Shown here in pieces: positions 40,883-51,777 of a stretch of 64,000 bases of DNA. Location: assembly GCA_003194445.1 (NCBI GenBank), contig PQXF01000001.1, forward strand, positions 140,014 to 204,013, read 5' to 3'. Below the pieces are notes generated by a model that saw nothing but the letters and a program-made list of their open reading frames with translations, was not told where the DNA came from and searched no databases. This stretch comes from Candidatus Methanogaster sp. GTDB taxonomy: Archaea > Halobacteriota > Methanosarcinia > Methanosarcinales > Methanogasteraceae. Positions within the stretch are counted from its first letter, which is position 1, and each line of letters opens with the position of its first letter. The position numbers were made by a program, and so were the translations under genes.

Positions 40883-42289
40883 TCACCCGACCATGATATG
40901 CTTCACTTCGAGGTAACCCTTGAGACCATGCATCCCAAGCTCCCTGCCAATCCCGCTCTCGCGATACCCGCCAAACGGCGCATACTTCGGAGCGCCATGA
41001 TACGTATTAATCCACACCGTTCCTGCCCGGATGTGGCTTGCAACCCTCTTTGCACGAGAAACATCCTCTGACCAGACCGCTCCGGCAAGCCCGTACCTTG
41101 TATCGTTCGCGATCTCGATAGCTTCCGCCTCATCGCTGTACGTCAGCACAGACAGCACCGGTCCGAATATCTCCTCTTGTGCGATACGCGATCCCGATTC
41201 CACGTGATCAAATATCGTCGGCTCGACAAAGTAGCCAGCCCGGTCGAGACGTTTTCCACCGGTTACGAGTTCTGCACCATCCTCGATCCCGTATCTGATG
41301 TATCTCAAGTCTTTTTCCATCTGCTCGGGACTTATCACAGGTCCCATGTCAGGATCGTCGAGTCCGTCCCCGATCACAAGCCGTCCCGTCTCTGCGACCA
41401 TCAGTTCCATGAACCGATCGTGGATGCTCTCTGGTAGAAGCAGCCTCGAACCCGCGGTGCATACCTGCCCCGCGTTAAAAAACATCGCAAAGACGGCACC
41501 CTTCACCGCCTTTCCTATATCTGCGTCACCGAGGATTATGTTTGCGGATTTCCCACCGCATTCGAGCGTTATCTTCTTGAGATTCCCTGACGCATCTCTC
41601 ATGACCTCTTTTCCGGTCTCAGTTCCCCCGGTAAACGCAATCTTGTCGACCTTTGCGCTTCCCGCAAGTTCTGCCCCGGCAACGCTCCCCTGTCCAGTGA
41701 TCACGTTTACCACACCTTTCGGGCATCCTGCCCTGCTAAATATCTCGCCAAGTTCGAGCGCTGTTAGAGGGGTCTGGCTTGATGGCTTGAGTATGATCGT
41801 ATCTCCCGCGGCAAGTGCTGGCGCAACCTTCCATGACGCCATCTTAAGCGGCAGGTTCCACGGGACGATCCCTGCAGCAACTCCGGCTGGCTCGTAGTAG
41901 ACGGTGCTCTGGGCGCCAAGTTCCTCGACAAGCGGCTCTGTGAAACCCGCGTAATACTCGAAGAAGTCTGCCACGTCAGGGACGAACCGCGTTGCCCAGC
42001 CAATCGGCATTCCGTTATCCAGCGTTTCAAGGCGTGCGAGTCGATCCGCGTCCTTGCGGAGGAGTTCTGCTGCTTTCAGGAGGACGATCTTCCGGAGTGT
42101 GTGGTTCCAGCTCCAGTCGGTGTTGTCGAACGCGTCACGCGCTGCATCGATCGCTTTTCTGGCATCCACGCGTCCACCGTCTGCGACGGTTGCGATTCTC
42201 TCTTCTGTCGCCGGGTTAGTTACTGAGATTGTATTTTTAGACTCCGGTTCAGTCCATTCGCCGTTGATCCAAAGTTTGTATTGTTTCAT
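40883..42289 (-). CDS. NAD(P)-dependent aldehyde dehydrogenase
   Basis: PWNLP, FTGG, LECGGK, NAGQVC, EEIFGP. Confidence 0.95.
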   Translation of the reverse strand: MKQYKLWINGEWTEPESKNTISVTNPATEERIATVADGGRVDARKAIDAARDAFDNTDWSWNHTLRKIVLLKAAELLRKDADRLARLETLDNGMPIGWATRFVPDVADFFEYYAGFTEPLVEELGAQSTVYYEPAGVAAGIVPWNLPLKMASWKVAPALAAGDTIILKPSSQTPLTALELGEIFSRAGCPKGVVNVITGQGSVAGAELAGSAKVDKIAFTGGTETGKEVMRDASGNLKKITLECGGKSANIILGDADIGKAVKGAVFAMFFNAGQVCTAGSRLLLPESIHDRFMELMVAETGRLVIGDGLDDPDMGPVISPEQMEKDLRYIRYGIEDGAELVTGGKRLDRAGYFVEPTIFDHVESGSRIAQEEIFGPVLSVLTYSDEAEAIEIANDTRYGLAGAVWSEDVSRAKRVASHIRAGTVWINTYHGAPKYAPFGGYRESGIGRELGMHGLKGYLEVKHIMVG

Positions 42290-42424
42290 GATTGCTTACT
42301 CTTTAACCAGTGACTTGTGATCCCATTGTACAAAAAATGTAACTACTCGGGTACCTAAACCACTGTCAGGGAACTTCACTATATATGCAGACTACCCTAT
42401 CCGGGACATGGGGCATACTGTAAC

Positions 42425-42580
42425 CAAGAGTCTTTTTATTATTTTCTGGGAACGTCGGATTGTCTTACGCGACCCCAACTGTTAGAATGGAGCACTATCG
42501 ATCTGAAAATCCATTTACATCGTTAATCTGTGGCTAATACTGTTTTTTATCCACAGATTAACACCAATTTCACTGATTAC
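42425..42580. repeat. Extended family C element (inverted copy of 57222-57390)
   Basis: TAAGACAATCCGAC..CAGAAAATAATAAA arm plus the AATCTGTGG palindrome. Confidence 0.75.
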
Positions 42581-42703
42581 CCCCATCTAATCATATTTGT
42601 ATCTGCCTGATTGGCGTCACGTTTTCAACCGACCAGGACAAATTCAAAAGACCCACTATGTTTTTTACGCTTGAATGCGGTAGTGCGTAGCAGGACGGAG
42701 ACA

Positions 42704-43546
42704 TTAACCTTTTGCAAATCTCGGATAGCAGATGATCAGGATCGGAATCATGAATAACACGATGACGAGCAACCATCCCCACAAACCGAGATCCATGAGC
42801 TGGTATATGATGAGTTTTTCCTCTTTTTTGAACTCAAACATGTGTGGAAATGCCTCACTCAAAAATTCCTTCTCCATTTCGAGTACATTCTCATAAGATC
42901 CGGATAATGGGGCGAGTGCAGAAACCCGGATCATCGTAATGGTATTTGAGGTAAAACCCCTGTTCAGGTAGAGATACAGAACAACCCTTCGCTCTGTGAT
43001 TTTTCCCTTCGATTCCTTTACCACAACGAGTTTCTTGACGGAGATTGATTTATTTTCTTCTTCACTTTTCTTATATATAGAAAACTCTTCTTCCCAGCCC
43101 ACATTCTGCATAGACACAGGTACCTTCTCCTTACCTTCCTCCTCTATCGTGTATCCAAGGCTAGGATAACAGACGATTGGCGGATGGAAACTTGAACGAT
43201 TGTCCGATTGGATGATGAGGAAGAATAAGGGTTGATACGATTCAGGATTGGTATATGCACGCATAAGCATGACGTCTGCATCCAATCCAGATGCACGATT
43301 AGCAGTATTGTAATTAGATCCCCTCCAATGACCTATCTCTATTGGAAATTCATTCATACAGTCATCGCTTCCGAGATCCATCCTTGTTCGAACCGTCATT
43401 GCGTCTCTTGATGCGCGTGCAAGTTCGGTGTCGATCGCGGTGGCGGATTTGGAAAAGAGCATGGACTGATTCGAAAAGAGCATGACAATTACTAATGTAA
43501 GCACCAGAAGTCCAATGATCGGGGCATATTCTTTAAAGAAGTTCAT
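42704..43546 (-). CDS. Exosortase-associated EpsI-family protein
   Basis: FPIEIGHWRG, FHPPIVCYPSLG, IRVSA; overlaps the exosortase stop. Confidence 0.8.
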   Translation of the reverse strand: MNFFKEYAPIIGLLVLTLVIVMLFSNQSMLFSKSATAIDTELARASRDAMTVRTRMDLGSDDCMNEFPIEIGHWRGSNYNTANRASGLDADVMLMRAYTNPESYQPLFFLIIQSDNRSSFHPPIVCYPSLGYTIEEEGKEKVPVSMQNVGWEEEFSIYKKSEEENKSISVKKLVVVKESKGKITERRVVLYLYLNRGFTSNTITMIRVSALAPLSGSYENVLEMEKEFLSEAFPHMFEFKKEEKLIIYQLMDLGLWGWLLVIVLFMIPILIICYPRFAKG

Positions 43547-44363
43547 TCTGTCCTCCTTTTTCCCCAATCCTGCATTTCATTAATTTACTGATGATTATCA
43601 GGGATATAAATGCGATGATAAATAAAAAAGGGCTGGAAAAATCATGGAATAACCTCATTGCAACCTCCGCGCCATGATGATCCGCGATCAGGATTATGGC
43701 GGTGACTCTGATGATATTTGCAACGATTGCGACTGGAATCGTTATGCAGAAAAGAGCGGTTTTTGTTAGAAGTGGGCATTTTAATAGGTAAGCGAAAATG
43801 GCAGATACCGCCAGTAATGAGATGAGCGTATTCATCCCGCTGCAGGGCAGACCGATAGAGAATGAACAATCCGTGAGTTGGATTTCAGATCCTGTTTGTA
43901 TAACTGCGACTCCAAGCATTTCAAGAGTCAGCGCGGAATAGCGTGCTGATATCGATTGGAGGGTGACTGAGATAGCAGGCACCACCGGGATCGGGATTGC
44001 GAATATCAGGAATAGCACAGGGAATAGCAGCGATCTCATCATCTCTTTTCCATACAGATAAAGGATCAAGCCGCAGAGTACGAACAGAAAAGAGATCGCG
44101 GATAAGAAGGGGAAGATCATGATGGAGCCGATGATGTAGAGAATAATGCCGAATGTCAAGGGGATTATTCCGGGTTTGAAAGGATCAGTATCGCGCATGT
44201 CTTTATCTCTCACGCTTCTCCATGCGAAGAATAACGAGACGATCGGGATTAATACGCCGTGAGAATATACCTGGTCAGTGAACCATGTATTGGCAAGCCA
44301 GACGAATGTGCGAAGATACATGAGGGATAAGAGGGACACGAGCAGGATCGTGATCTTTTTCAT
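43533..44363 (-). CDS. Exosortase (EpsH/XrtA-like)
   Basis: YSHGVLIP, AIPIP, catalytic PCSG, NIIRV, FHD; 8 TMs. Confidence 0.9.
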   Translation of the reverse strand: MKKITILLVSLLSLMYLRTFVWLANTWFTDQVYSHGVLIPIVSLFFAWRSVRDKDMRDTDPFKPGIIPLTFGIILYIIGSIMIFPFLSAISFLFVLCGLILYLYGKEMMRSLLFPVLFLIFAIPIPVVPAISVTLQSISARYSALTLEMLGVAVIQTGSEIQLTDCSFSIGLPCSGMNTLISLLAVSAIFAYLLKCPLLTKTALFCITIPVAIVANIIRVTAIILIADHHGAEVAMRLFHDFSSPFLFIIAFISLIIISKLMKCRIGEKGGQNELL

Positions 44364-44574
44364 TGATGATTATTTATTTCTCCAGACCTTATAAGCATAT
44401 CCCACAAACGCGAGCAAGCCAACTGAAAAGGGGATCAATAAGCTCAGTTCAGGGGTCGGATGTTATTTCTCTGAATCATAAGCCTATCGTTCACAGGGCA
44501 TCACACCATAAGACGCGACAGCCCGATGCCATGGAGCCGTAAACATCTTTACCATGGATGCCAGAAGACACCCC

Positions 44575-45555
44575 ATGACGATCGAGATCACGACACCCTC
44601 TCGTCTCCATATCACCTTAATCGATCTCAACGCATCGATCGGGCGGGTGGATGGCGGGATCGGGCTGACGATCGGAGAGCCAGGCATCCGCATCAAGGCA
44701 GAAGTGGTAGAAGCGGCAGAAGGGGTGGATGGGATCACCGTCGCAGGCGACTCTGAACTGACGGGCCGGATGCGCGAGAGCGCGAGAGCGATCCTCCCGG
44801 AGGGCTGCGGCGTCCGCATCCACATCGAGCAAGATTCCCCTTCGCACGTCGGTCTTGGCACTGGCACGCAGGCAGCACTTGCCGCGGGCATGGCTGTGAA
44901 CCGGTTGTACAACCTAAGCATGAGCGTGCGGGATATCGCAATCGCTGTAGGGCGCGGCGGAACATCAGGCATCGGTGTCGCGTCGTTTGAGAGCGGCGGT
45001 TTCATCCTCGATTCCGGGCATAAGTTTTCCGAGAAGGGTGTATTCAAGCCGTCGGCAGCATCACAGTCGCCGCCGGCATCGATCCTGTTCCAGCAGCCAT
45101 TCCCGGACTGGGAGATCGTGCTTGCAATCCCTGGTGTTGTGGGTGCGCATGATGCAAGAGAGGTGGACATCTTCGGAAAGGAGTGCCCGATCCCACTTTC
45201 GGAGGTACGAAAACTCTCGCATATCATATTAATGGAGACGCTTCCGAGTGTTGTCGAAGGCGACATCGAGGCATTCGGGGATTCGATAAATCGGATACAG
45301 GATGTAGGGTTCAAGAGACGTGAGATTGCGCTTCAGGAACCGGAGATCGTGCAGATCATCAAACGGATGCAGGAAAGTACGTGTGGCGCCGGGATGAGTT
45401 CATTCGGACCTGCAGTCTACGGGATCACAGACAGCCGCAGGGCGGCGGCAGATACCATGCACCGGGTGCAGGAGTTTCTGGATGCGACACTCGGTGGCAG
45501 GTGCATGGTTGTTCATGCCAGGAACTCGGGTGCTGATGTGTGCGTATCCCCATAA
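44575..45555 (+). CDS. mptG: Beta-ribofuranosylaminobenzene 5'-phosphate synthase
   Basis: TPSRLHITLIDL, HVGLGTGTQ, GRGGTSGIG, GMSSFGP. Confidence 0.93.
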   Translation: MTIEITTPSRLHITLIDLNASIGRVDGGIGLTIGEPGIRIKAEVVEAAEGVDGITVAGDSELTGRMRESARAILPEGCGVRIHIEQDSPSHVGLGTGTQAALAAGMAVNRLYNLSMSVRDIAIAVGRGGTSGIGVASFESGGFILDSGHKFSEKGVFKPSAASQSPPASILFQQPFPDWEIVLAIPGVVGAHDAREVDIFGKECPIPLSEVRKLSHIILMETLPSVVEGDIEAFGDSINRIQDVGFKRREIALQEPEIVQIIKRMQESTCGAGMSSFGPAVYGITDSRRAAADTMHRVQEFLDATLGGRCMVVHARNSGADVCVSP

Positions 45556-45716
45556 TAAGGCGCGGGGACAAACCATTCAATAGAAAATAGTATCCACTTC
45601 AAAGATCACGGTAATCAGAAGATAATAAAAAGTACCGAGGTTTGAGGAGCAGCCGAAGGGGAAAACCATTTAAACAAATCAATCCAGAAGGATCTTGTGA
45701 AAATTGTGGTGAGAAA

Positions 45717-46124
45717 ATGAAGACGAAGGACGTACGCTGGAAACAGCGATTTCAGAATTTTGAGAAAGCTTATGTGCGTTTGGAAGAAGCAATGGAGCTG
45801 GAAGAATTGACCGAACTTGAAAGAAATGGTTTGATTCAGCGTTTTGAGTTCACACTCGATCTTTCGTGGAAGGTGATGAAAGATTTTTTGGAAGAAAAAG
45901 GATTTGTTTTTAAACCTTCGCCCAAGGATACGTTGCGACTGGCACAACAGAGCGAATATATAACTTATGCGCAAGAGCTGATTGATGGATTGGATATAAG
46001 AAACGAGCTCTCACACGATTATAGCGGTGAAAAATTTGAACGTTCGGAGAAGAAATTAAGAGGAGAAACTTATGTTGCATTGAGAAAACTGCACCTCTTT
46101 TTTGTAAATGAAAAAAACAAATGA
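45717..46124 (+). CDS. HEPN (HI0074-like) toxin
   Basis: RWKQRFQNF, GLIQRFEFT, RNELSH. Confidence 0.9.
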   Translation: MKTKDVRWKQRFQNFEKAYVRLEEAMELEELTELERNGLIQRFEFTLDLSWKVMKDFLEEKGFVFKPSPKDTLRLAQQSEYITYAQELIDGLDIRNELSHDYSGEKFERSEKKLRGETYVALRKLHLFFVNEKNK

Positions 46125-46462
46125 TTATGCAGAATTATTCCATGAATAAAAAGGGAAAAAATTCTTTTGGACTTTTCGATAGGGATATGAAAACGTTGCA
46201 GGACATTTTTAAAAAATATCCTGATGTGAAAAACGTTTTTGTATTTGGGAGTCGGGCTAAGGGAACGTACAAACAAGGCAGTGATATTGATCTGGCAATA
46301 ATGAACGAAGGGGTGCAAGATACGTTTATCCGCAAGATGAAAAGCGATTTTGAAGACAGCAGCCTGCCTTATACAGTTGATCTGGTGAACTACCCCACAC
46401 TAAAACATCCCGAACTGAAAAATCATATTGATATGGTCGGGGTGCCTTTGTTCCAAAAATAA
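46121..46462 (+). CDS. Minimal nucleotidyltransferase (MNT) antitoxin
   Basis: FGSRAKG..SDIDLA. Confidence 0.9.
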   Translation: MIMQNYSMNKKGKNSFGLFDRDMKTLQDIFKKYPDVKNVFVFGSRAKGTYKQGSDIDLAIMNEGVQDTFIRKMKSDFEDSSLPYTVDLVNYPTLKHPELKNHIDMVGVPLFQK

Positions 46463-46490
46463 CCGCGCATATATGAGAGTATCAATCATA

Positions 46491-46650
46491 GGCACCATCT
46501 AAAAATCCAGTGATATCCACACTTTCTGCCAACCACGCACACCCAACTCCCCTCATCTATAGGTGACGAAAGTCCCAGACCAGAAAATCCACACCAGATT
46601 TTCCACATTTTCCCGACAAAACCACGAAAACTGTCCGCACAGCAGTCAAA
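46491..46650 (+). mobile_element. IS-end/MITE family E copy
   Basis: GGCACCATCTAAAAATCC terminus shared with family A; body matches the reverse complement of 60240-60399. Confidence 0.7.
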
Positions 46651-47171
46651 AATTGATAGCCACTGCTAAGGACACTTACACATCATTCACAACTAAATAT
46701 CCTCAACCAGTATCCGGAAATGGCACAAACATCAAAAATACCTCCAGAAGCGTCAGCAATTCCCGCTCTCCTTTAGCACCCGCATCTAAAATGTCGTGTG
46801 ACTACACCGCCTCTCGATATCGGTTTGTCGTGTAATACGATGAAGTAGAAGTGCTTCATAACTTAAAATGTTCGCGAAAACACAAAGAAACAGTCCTGAC
46901 GTTAGCGATTTTCGTTGTGATTGTAAACGTATGCAAGAGAGGGTGGTCTTTCATCATTTTGCACATATTTCGTAAACATTTCGTAACACACTTTGTCCCA
47001 TCACAAAACAAATCAACAGCATGCGGTGATATAGCTACAAACAGTTAAGGGTCGAAAGTGTAGAGGGAACGGGAATTACTGAAGAAGCTTCTTTTCACAC
47101 TTGCCCAGTACCCCCGCCCGTTTCATCGCTGATAGTTTCATCTGGTTCTTAATTCCCCTCTCAGTCATGAG

Positions 47172-47733
47172 TTGCTTCTTCATGAGCGTCTTCAGACTTG
47201 CCGAATAGTAGTTCTTGACCAAATTATTGTTGTGAAATTCTTTGATGGCGACGAAGAAACATACCATGGATGCCTGACAAACGACTACACGGAAAGCGAG
47301 GCGCAAATTATCGATGGAAGCCGCTGGCAGTGGAGAATCGAGAATTTTTCCGAGGAATGTGACTTTTTAGGGATTGATGCGCTGCCGAGCATTGAATTAA
47401 ACAAGATTGCGGCGATGGTGGCGATGAGACTGTTTGCTTTTGATCTGATCGCACGTCCGAAGAAGGGCGCGGGGCGTGAATTTGAGAATCTTACCATAGA
47501 ATCGATTTTTGAGGAAATTATCGAATTTCCGGAGTTAGTGAAGGCTAAACGAGATCGAATTGTCGTAACATTCTATGGTGGCTACAAGGAGTGGCATAAA
47601 GCGGCTGTCAATGCGCTGATGGGGCGGCTCGATTAAACGAGACGGAATGTGCCGATACCCTGGCTGGGAAATCGGAAGATCGAGGTTCGATTTAAGGGAG
47701 GGTGTAACCTAAATTGGGTCGTGGAAATGTCTG
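47172..47733 (+). pseudogene. DDE transposase C-terminal remnant
   Basis: LTND..RWQWRIEN motif; internal TAA at 47634, then IPWLGNRKIEVRF; GTGGAAATGTCTG end. Confidence 0.7.
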
Positions 47734-47809
47734 GTACTCCTTATTTACTTGATTTAGCATGGAGATATATATCATGGGAATTGTCAAAGAGCCAACGTGC
47801 CACCACCAC

Positions 47810-48775
47810 TCACAGATGGAAGCACGTACCAGTGATCTCCTTCTCGACTGTCCCACCATTCAGTTCCACGATCAGTGCCCCGTCGTGGTCGACGCCGACC
47901 GCTTCACCAACAATCGTCCTGAATCTTGTTACGATCTTCACCCTCCGCCCGATAGTGGACGAATATTCCCTCCATTGCGTGATGACCGAAGGGAAACCAT
48001 CCGTCAGGAATGTTGTATAATACTGCTCGAAGCGCTCCAGAAACCTCTGCGTGATCGCTATCCTATCCACAACCTGCCCGGTCTCTTCTTTAAGCGACGT
48101 TGCCTGTAGCATTGTGATCGGCGGGAGCAGATCGAGCCCGGTATTGGCGTTGATCCCGATCCCGATGATCACGTAGTTCATGACATCTGCCTCTGCATCG
48201 ATCTCGGTTAAGATGCCACAGACCTTCTTCTCGTTTATGAGTATGTCGTTGGGCCACTTTATTCTTGCGTCAAGCCCCATTTCATTTAAGACCTCGACAG
48301 CCGCAACTCCGGTAACAAGCGTCAGCCTGTGGATGTGGTCAGGCGGGATCTCCGGCTTTAGGATGATCGAGAGATATATCCCGCCGGGCGGAGATGCCCA
48401 TGCCCCACCAGTCCTGCCCTTGCCTTCGAACTGTTCCTCTGCGATAACGACGGTTCCGTTTGGGCTATCTGCGGCGATTTCTCTGGCTCTCAGATTGGTG
48501 GAGGCAATTGTATCGAAATGGTGTATCTGCCTGCCAACAAACTTGGTTTTGAGCCCTTTTTCGATTTCAGCAGGCAGGAGCAGGTCGGGAATGTCTTTGA
48601 GTAGGTAACCCTTGCCTGTGACTGATTCGATTGTATACCCACAGTCCCGCAGTGCATTGACGTGCTTCCAGACCATCGTCCGCGAGATGTTTAAAGCCCC
48701 TGATAGGTCTTCACCTGAAACAAAGTCATCAGGTTTTTCTTTTAGCATTTCTAAGATTTTTTGTTCTGTTTTCAT
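47810..48775 (-). CDS. birA: Bifunctional biotin ligase/repressor
   Basis: HTH SRTMVWKH, STN, GKGRTG, KWPND, KVCGIL. Confidence 0.95.
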   Translation of the reverse strand: MKTEQKILEMLKEKPDDFVSGEDLSGALNISRTMVWKHVNALRDCGYTIESVTGKGYLLKDIPDLLLPAEIEKGLKTKFVGRQIHHFDTIASTNLRAREIAADSPNGTVVIAEEQFEGKGRTGGAWASPPGGIYLSIILKPEIPPDHIHRLTLVTGVAAVEVLNEMGLDARIKWPNDILINEKKVCGILTEIDAEADVMNYVIIGIGINANTGLDLLPPITMLQATSLKEETGQVVDRIAITQRFLERFEQYYTTFLTDGFPSVITQWREYSSTIGRRVKIVTRFRTIVGEAVGVDHDGALIVELNGGTVEKEITGTCFHL

Positions 48776-48945
48776 TATTAGAACCTCCTTGAGACGAGAG
48801 CGTACCGGACGGATACAAAGGAGCATTTAAAAGCCCCGATGTAGACTCAAACGATAGCCCTTTAGTCATTTTAGTTCTTCCTTCGGTTATATTCGAAATA
48901 CTGTTGTGGTCAAATCGACCCCACACAAGTGGCAAAGTCACCTGA

Positions 48946-49002
48946 TTTAACCACAGAGAGCACAGAGTTTTTAAACCGATCCTCGGTGTCCCTCTGTGGT
49001 TG
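48946..49002. repeat. Short ACCACAGAG..CTCTGTGGT palindrome related to the family B core
   Basis: AACCACAGAG..CTCTGTGGTT. Confidence 0.55.
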
Positions 49003-49120
49003 TATTGCCTACTGATACCATCTATGTCAGTCGCGGTGTTGTGCATCCGACTGAGTATTACATTATATTCGAAATACCCTGCAAGTTTTAGCAGACTCTC
49101 AAGAGGTTGAACAACTCGAA

Positions 49121-50212
49121 TCATAATTCTACCGCGCCAGCTACTGCCTGCAGGATCATGAGCGCGTCGAGCGATGTGACGTTCCCATCGCCGCTAACGT
49201 CCCAGCGCAGGTCGGGCGGGCTGCTGCCGACTGCGATCTGGAGCGCGATCACGACATCAGCGGTAGTGAACACATACGATCCCGGAACCGGTGCAACGAA
49301 TCCAGCCGTGCTTGTAGAATCCAGCAGGTCACTTGTTGCGTTGTATGTGCCTACCACTCCTGCCGCCTGATTGTCCGCAACGATGTCGTACTCAGTGTGA
49401 GTAACGGCAGCATTCTGGTCGATTGTCCAGATCGCGGTAACCGGAAGCGTTCCGCTGGCATCGGTATCAACCGACTCCTGTATACCTGATAGGTCTTCAT
49501 CTGTAACGAGGGCATCTCCATCACTCACCGCCTCATCCTGAATCCAGAGTTTGTAACTGGTGCCTGCGGGAAGACTGTTTCCGGTGACATAGACCGCCTC
49601 ACCCATGACAAACTGATCTTTTGGATTGCAATTCGAATCACAGGAGAATATCCCGATCGGAATGTCGTAGATGTAGGCCGAGCCTGAATTCGTACCAACG
49701 TCATCATCATGATCAGCACCCACGACCACGTAATCGCCTGATATTGCAACGCTGCTGCCGAAGACGTCTTCTGCCGCACCATCGCTTGCAGTAATCTTGG
49801 CCTGCTCTGTCCATGTGGTTCCGTCACGCGTGAAAATATAGGATGAGCCTGACCACGGACCAGTGTCACCATCCCTCCAAGCACCCAAGACCGCACAGTC
49901 GCCTGAGACTGCAACGCTTGCGCCAAAGTGATCGTATGCCGCGCCATCGCTTGCAGTGATCTTGGCCTCTTGTGCCCATGCGGTTCCGTCGCGCTTGAAG
50001 ATGTAGGCTGAGCCTGAATCATTGCCAGCGTCAGCATCCTCATAAGCACCCACGACCACACAGTCGCCTGAGATTGCAACGCTTGCGCCAAAGCGATCGT
50101 ATGCCGCGCCATCGCTTGCAGTGATCTTCACCTCGGCGGCATTGACATTGGCAGCCAGCGCTGCAAACAGCAGCATTGAAAGGACTGCTGACACCAGTAT
50201 CCTTCTTTTCAC
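49121..50212 (-). CDS. Secreted FG-GAP repeat protein with a C-terminal dockerin-like domain
   Basis: Three KITASDG..FG.SVAISGD repeats; DVSGDGNVTSLDALMILQ. Confidence 0.88.
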   Translation of the reverse strand: MKRRILVSAVLSMLLFAALAANVNAAEVKITASDGAAYDRFGASVAISGDCVVVGAYEDADAGNDSGSAYIFKRDGTAWAQEAKITASDGAAYDHFGASVAVSGDCAVLGAWRDGDTGPWSGSSYIFTRDGTTWTEQAKITASDGAAEDVFGSSVAISGDYVVVGADHDDDVGTNSGSAYIYDIPIGIFSCDSNCNPKDQFVMGEAVYVTGNSLPAGTSYKLWIQDEAVSDGDALVTDEDLSGIQESVDTDASGTLPVTAIWTIDQNAAVTHTEYDIVADNQAAGVVGTYNATSDLLDSTSTAGFVAPVPGSYVFTTADVVIALQIAVGSSPPDLRWDVSGDGNVTSLDALMILQAVAGAVEL

Positions 50213-50266
50213 GTGTTATTTCCTCCTGTTAGTTGGCGATTTGTCTTGCAATGTAACAGAGTCAGG

Positions 50267-51751
50267 TTAATTATCCGCTATTTGAGTAGAGCCACCCATA
50301 TACGTCTGCACAGCAGCGGTTATCGCCGCAACCTTCCGGTCATCCGAACCTATGGCAGAAGCAAGGGTCGCGCCCTTCACTTTCTCCTGTTCAACCACCA
50401 CGGCAACCTCTGCTGGTATATCGAAGTCATCGATGAAGTGTGTCGTGAGTTCGGCTCTTATGAAGTGCGGGTTTTTAAGTACCGCCTTGTGAAACGGAAT
50501 GTTTGTGGTCACGCCGATGATGATATACTCGTAGAGTGCCCGGCGCATCCGTTCTATGGCTTCAAGCCGGTTTTCGCCCCATGATATCAGTTTGGATACC
50601 ATCGAGTCGTAGTACGGGGAGATCGTGTATCCTGTATAGACGCCGCTGTCCACCCGTATCCCGGGACCTCCCGGCGACCGGTACCGCGTGAGTCTTCCAG
50701 GCGATGGCGCGAAATCGTTCATAGGGTCTTCGGCATTGATCCTGCACTCGATCGCCCATCCGTTGATACCGATATCCTCCTGCCTGCGATCCAGTTCCTC
50801 GCCTGCTGCGATTCTTATCTGTCTTCTTACGATATCAAGCCCGGTCACCTGCTCAGTTATCGGATGCTCCACCTGTAGTCTCGTGTTCATCTCAAGGAAG
50901 TAGAAGTCTCCGTCAGAGTAGATGAACTCCACAGTTCCGGCGTTTGTATAATCAAATGCCTCCGCCGCTCCAATTGCCGTCCTGCCCATCTCTTCCCGAA
51001 GTTCCGGCGTCATAACCGGCGATGGTGACTCTTCGATCAGTTTCTGATGGCGACGCTGTATCGAACACTCTCTCTCATTCAGGTGGATCGTGTTCCCGTG
51101 GGAATCCGCAAGGATCTGGAACTCGATATGTCTTGGCTGGTGCAGGTATTTCTCCATAAAGATAGTAGCATCGCCAAACACTGATTCAGCCACTGCCTGA
51201 GTCGAATCGATGGCACCCTGCAATTCGGAAGCGTCGTTTGCGATCTTCATCCCGATCCCACCACCGCCTGCCGATGCTTTCACGATGACCGGATACCCGA
51301 TCTTCTCCGCATCATCGAGTGTGGACTCGAGATCATCGATTCCGGCAGAGATTCCTGGGATGATTGGAATGCCTGCCTTTTCCATCGCCTTTCTTGCAGC
51401 GATCTTGCTGCCGGACGCTTCCATACATTTGCCGGACGGACCTATGAATACGATTCCCGCCTTCTCGCATTCCCTTGCGAAGACCGAATTTTCGGAGAGA
51501 AAACCATATCCCGGGTGGATCGCCTCTGCGCCGGTCTTCTCCGCGACATCAAGAATCCTGTCTATCATAAGGTAACTCTGGCTTGTCGGCGGAGGTCCGA
51601 TGCAGTGGGCAACGTCAGCGTACTTTGCGAATAACGCGTGTTTGTCCGCCTCCGAATATACCGCCACAGTCATTATGCCCATCTCGTGACATGCTCTCAT
51701 CGCCCGTATCGCGATCTCGCCCCGGTTCGCAACCAGTATTGTGTTAAACAA
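50267..51751 (-). CDS. pycA: Pyruvate carboxylase subunit A (biotin carboxylase)
   Basis: [40 protein letters not shown]. Confidence 0.93.
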   Translation of the reverse strand: MFNTILVANRGEIAIRAMRACHEMGIMTVAVYSEADKHALFAKYADVAHCIGPPPTSQSYLMIDRILDVAEKTGAEAIHPGYGFLSENSVFARECEKAGIVFIGPSGKCMEASGSKIAARKAMEKAGIPIIPGISAGIDDLESTLDDAEKIGYPVIVKASAGGGGIGMKIANDASELQGAIDSTQAVAESVFGDATIFMEKYLHQPRHIEFQILADSHGNTIHLNERECSIQRRHQKLIEESPSPVMTPELREEMGRTAIGAAEAFDYTNAGTVEFIYSDGDFYFLEMNTRLQVEHPITEQVTGLDIVRRQIRIAAGEELDRRQEDIGINGWAIECRINAEDPMNDFAPSPGRLTRYRSPGGPGIRVDSGVYTGYTISPYYDSMVSKLISWGENRLEAIERMRRALYEYIIIGVTTNIPFHKAVLKNPHFIRAELTTHFIDDFDIPAEVAVVVEQEKVKGATLASAIGSDDRKVAAITAAVQTYMGGSTQIADN

Positions 51752-51777
51752 AGTAAAGACCCTCCTGTTACTCCTGT

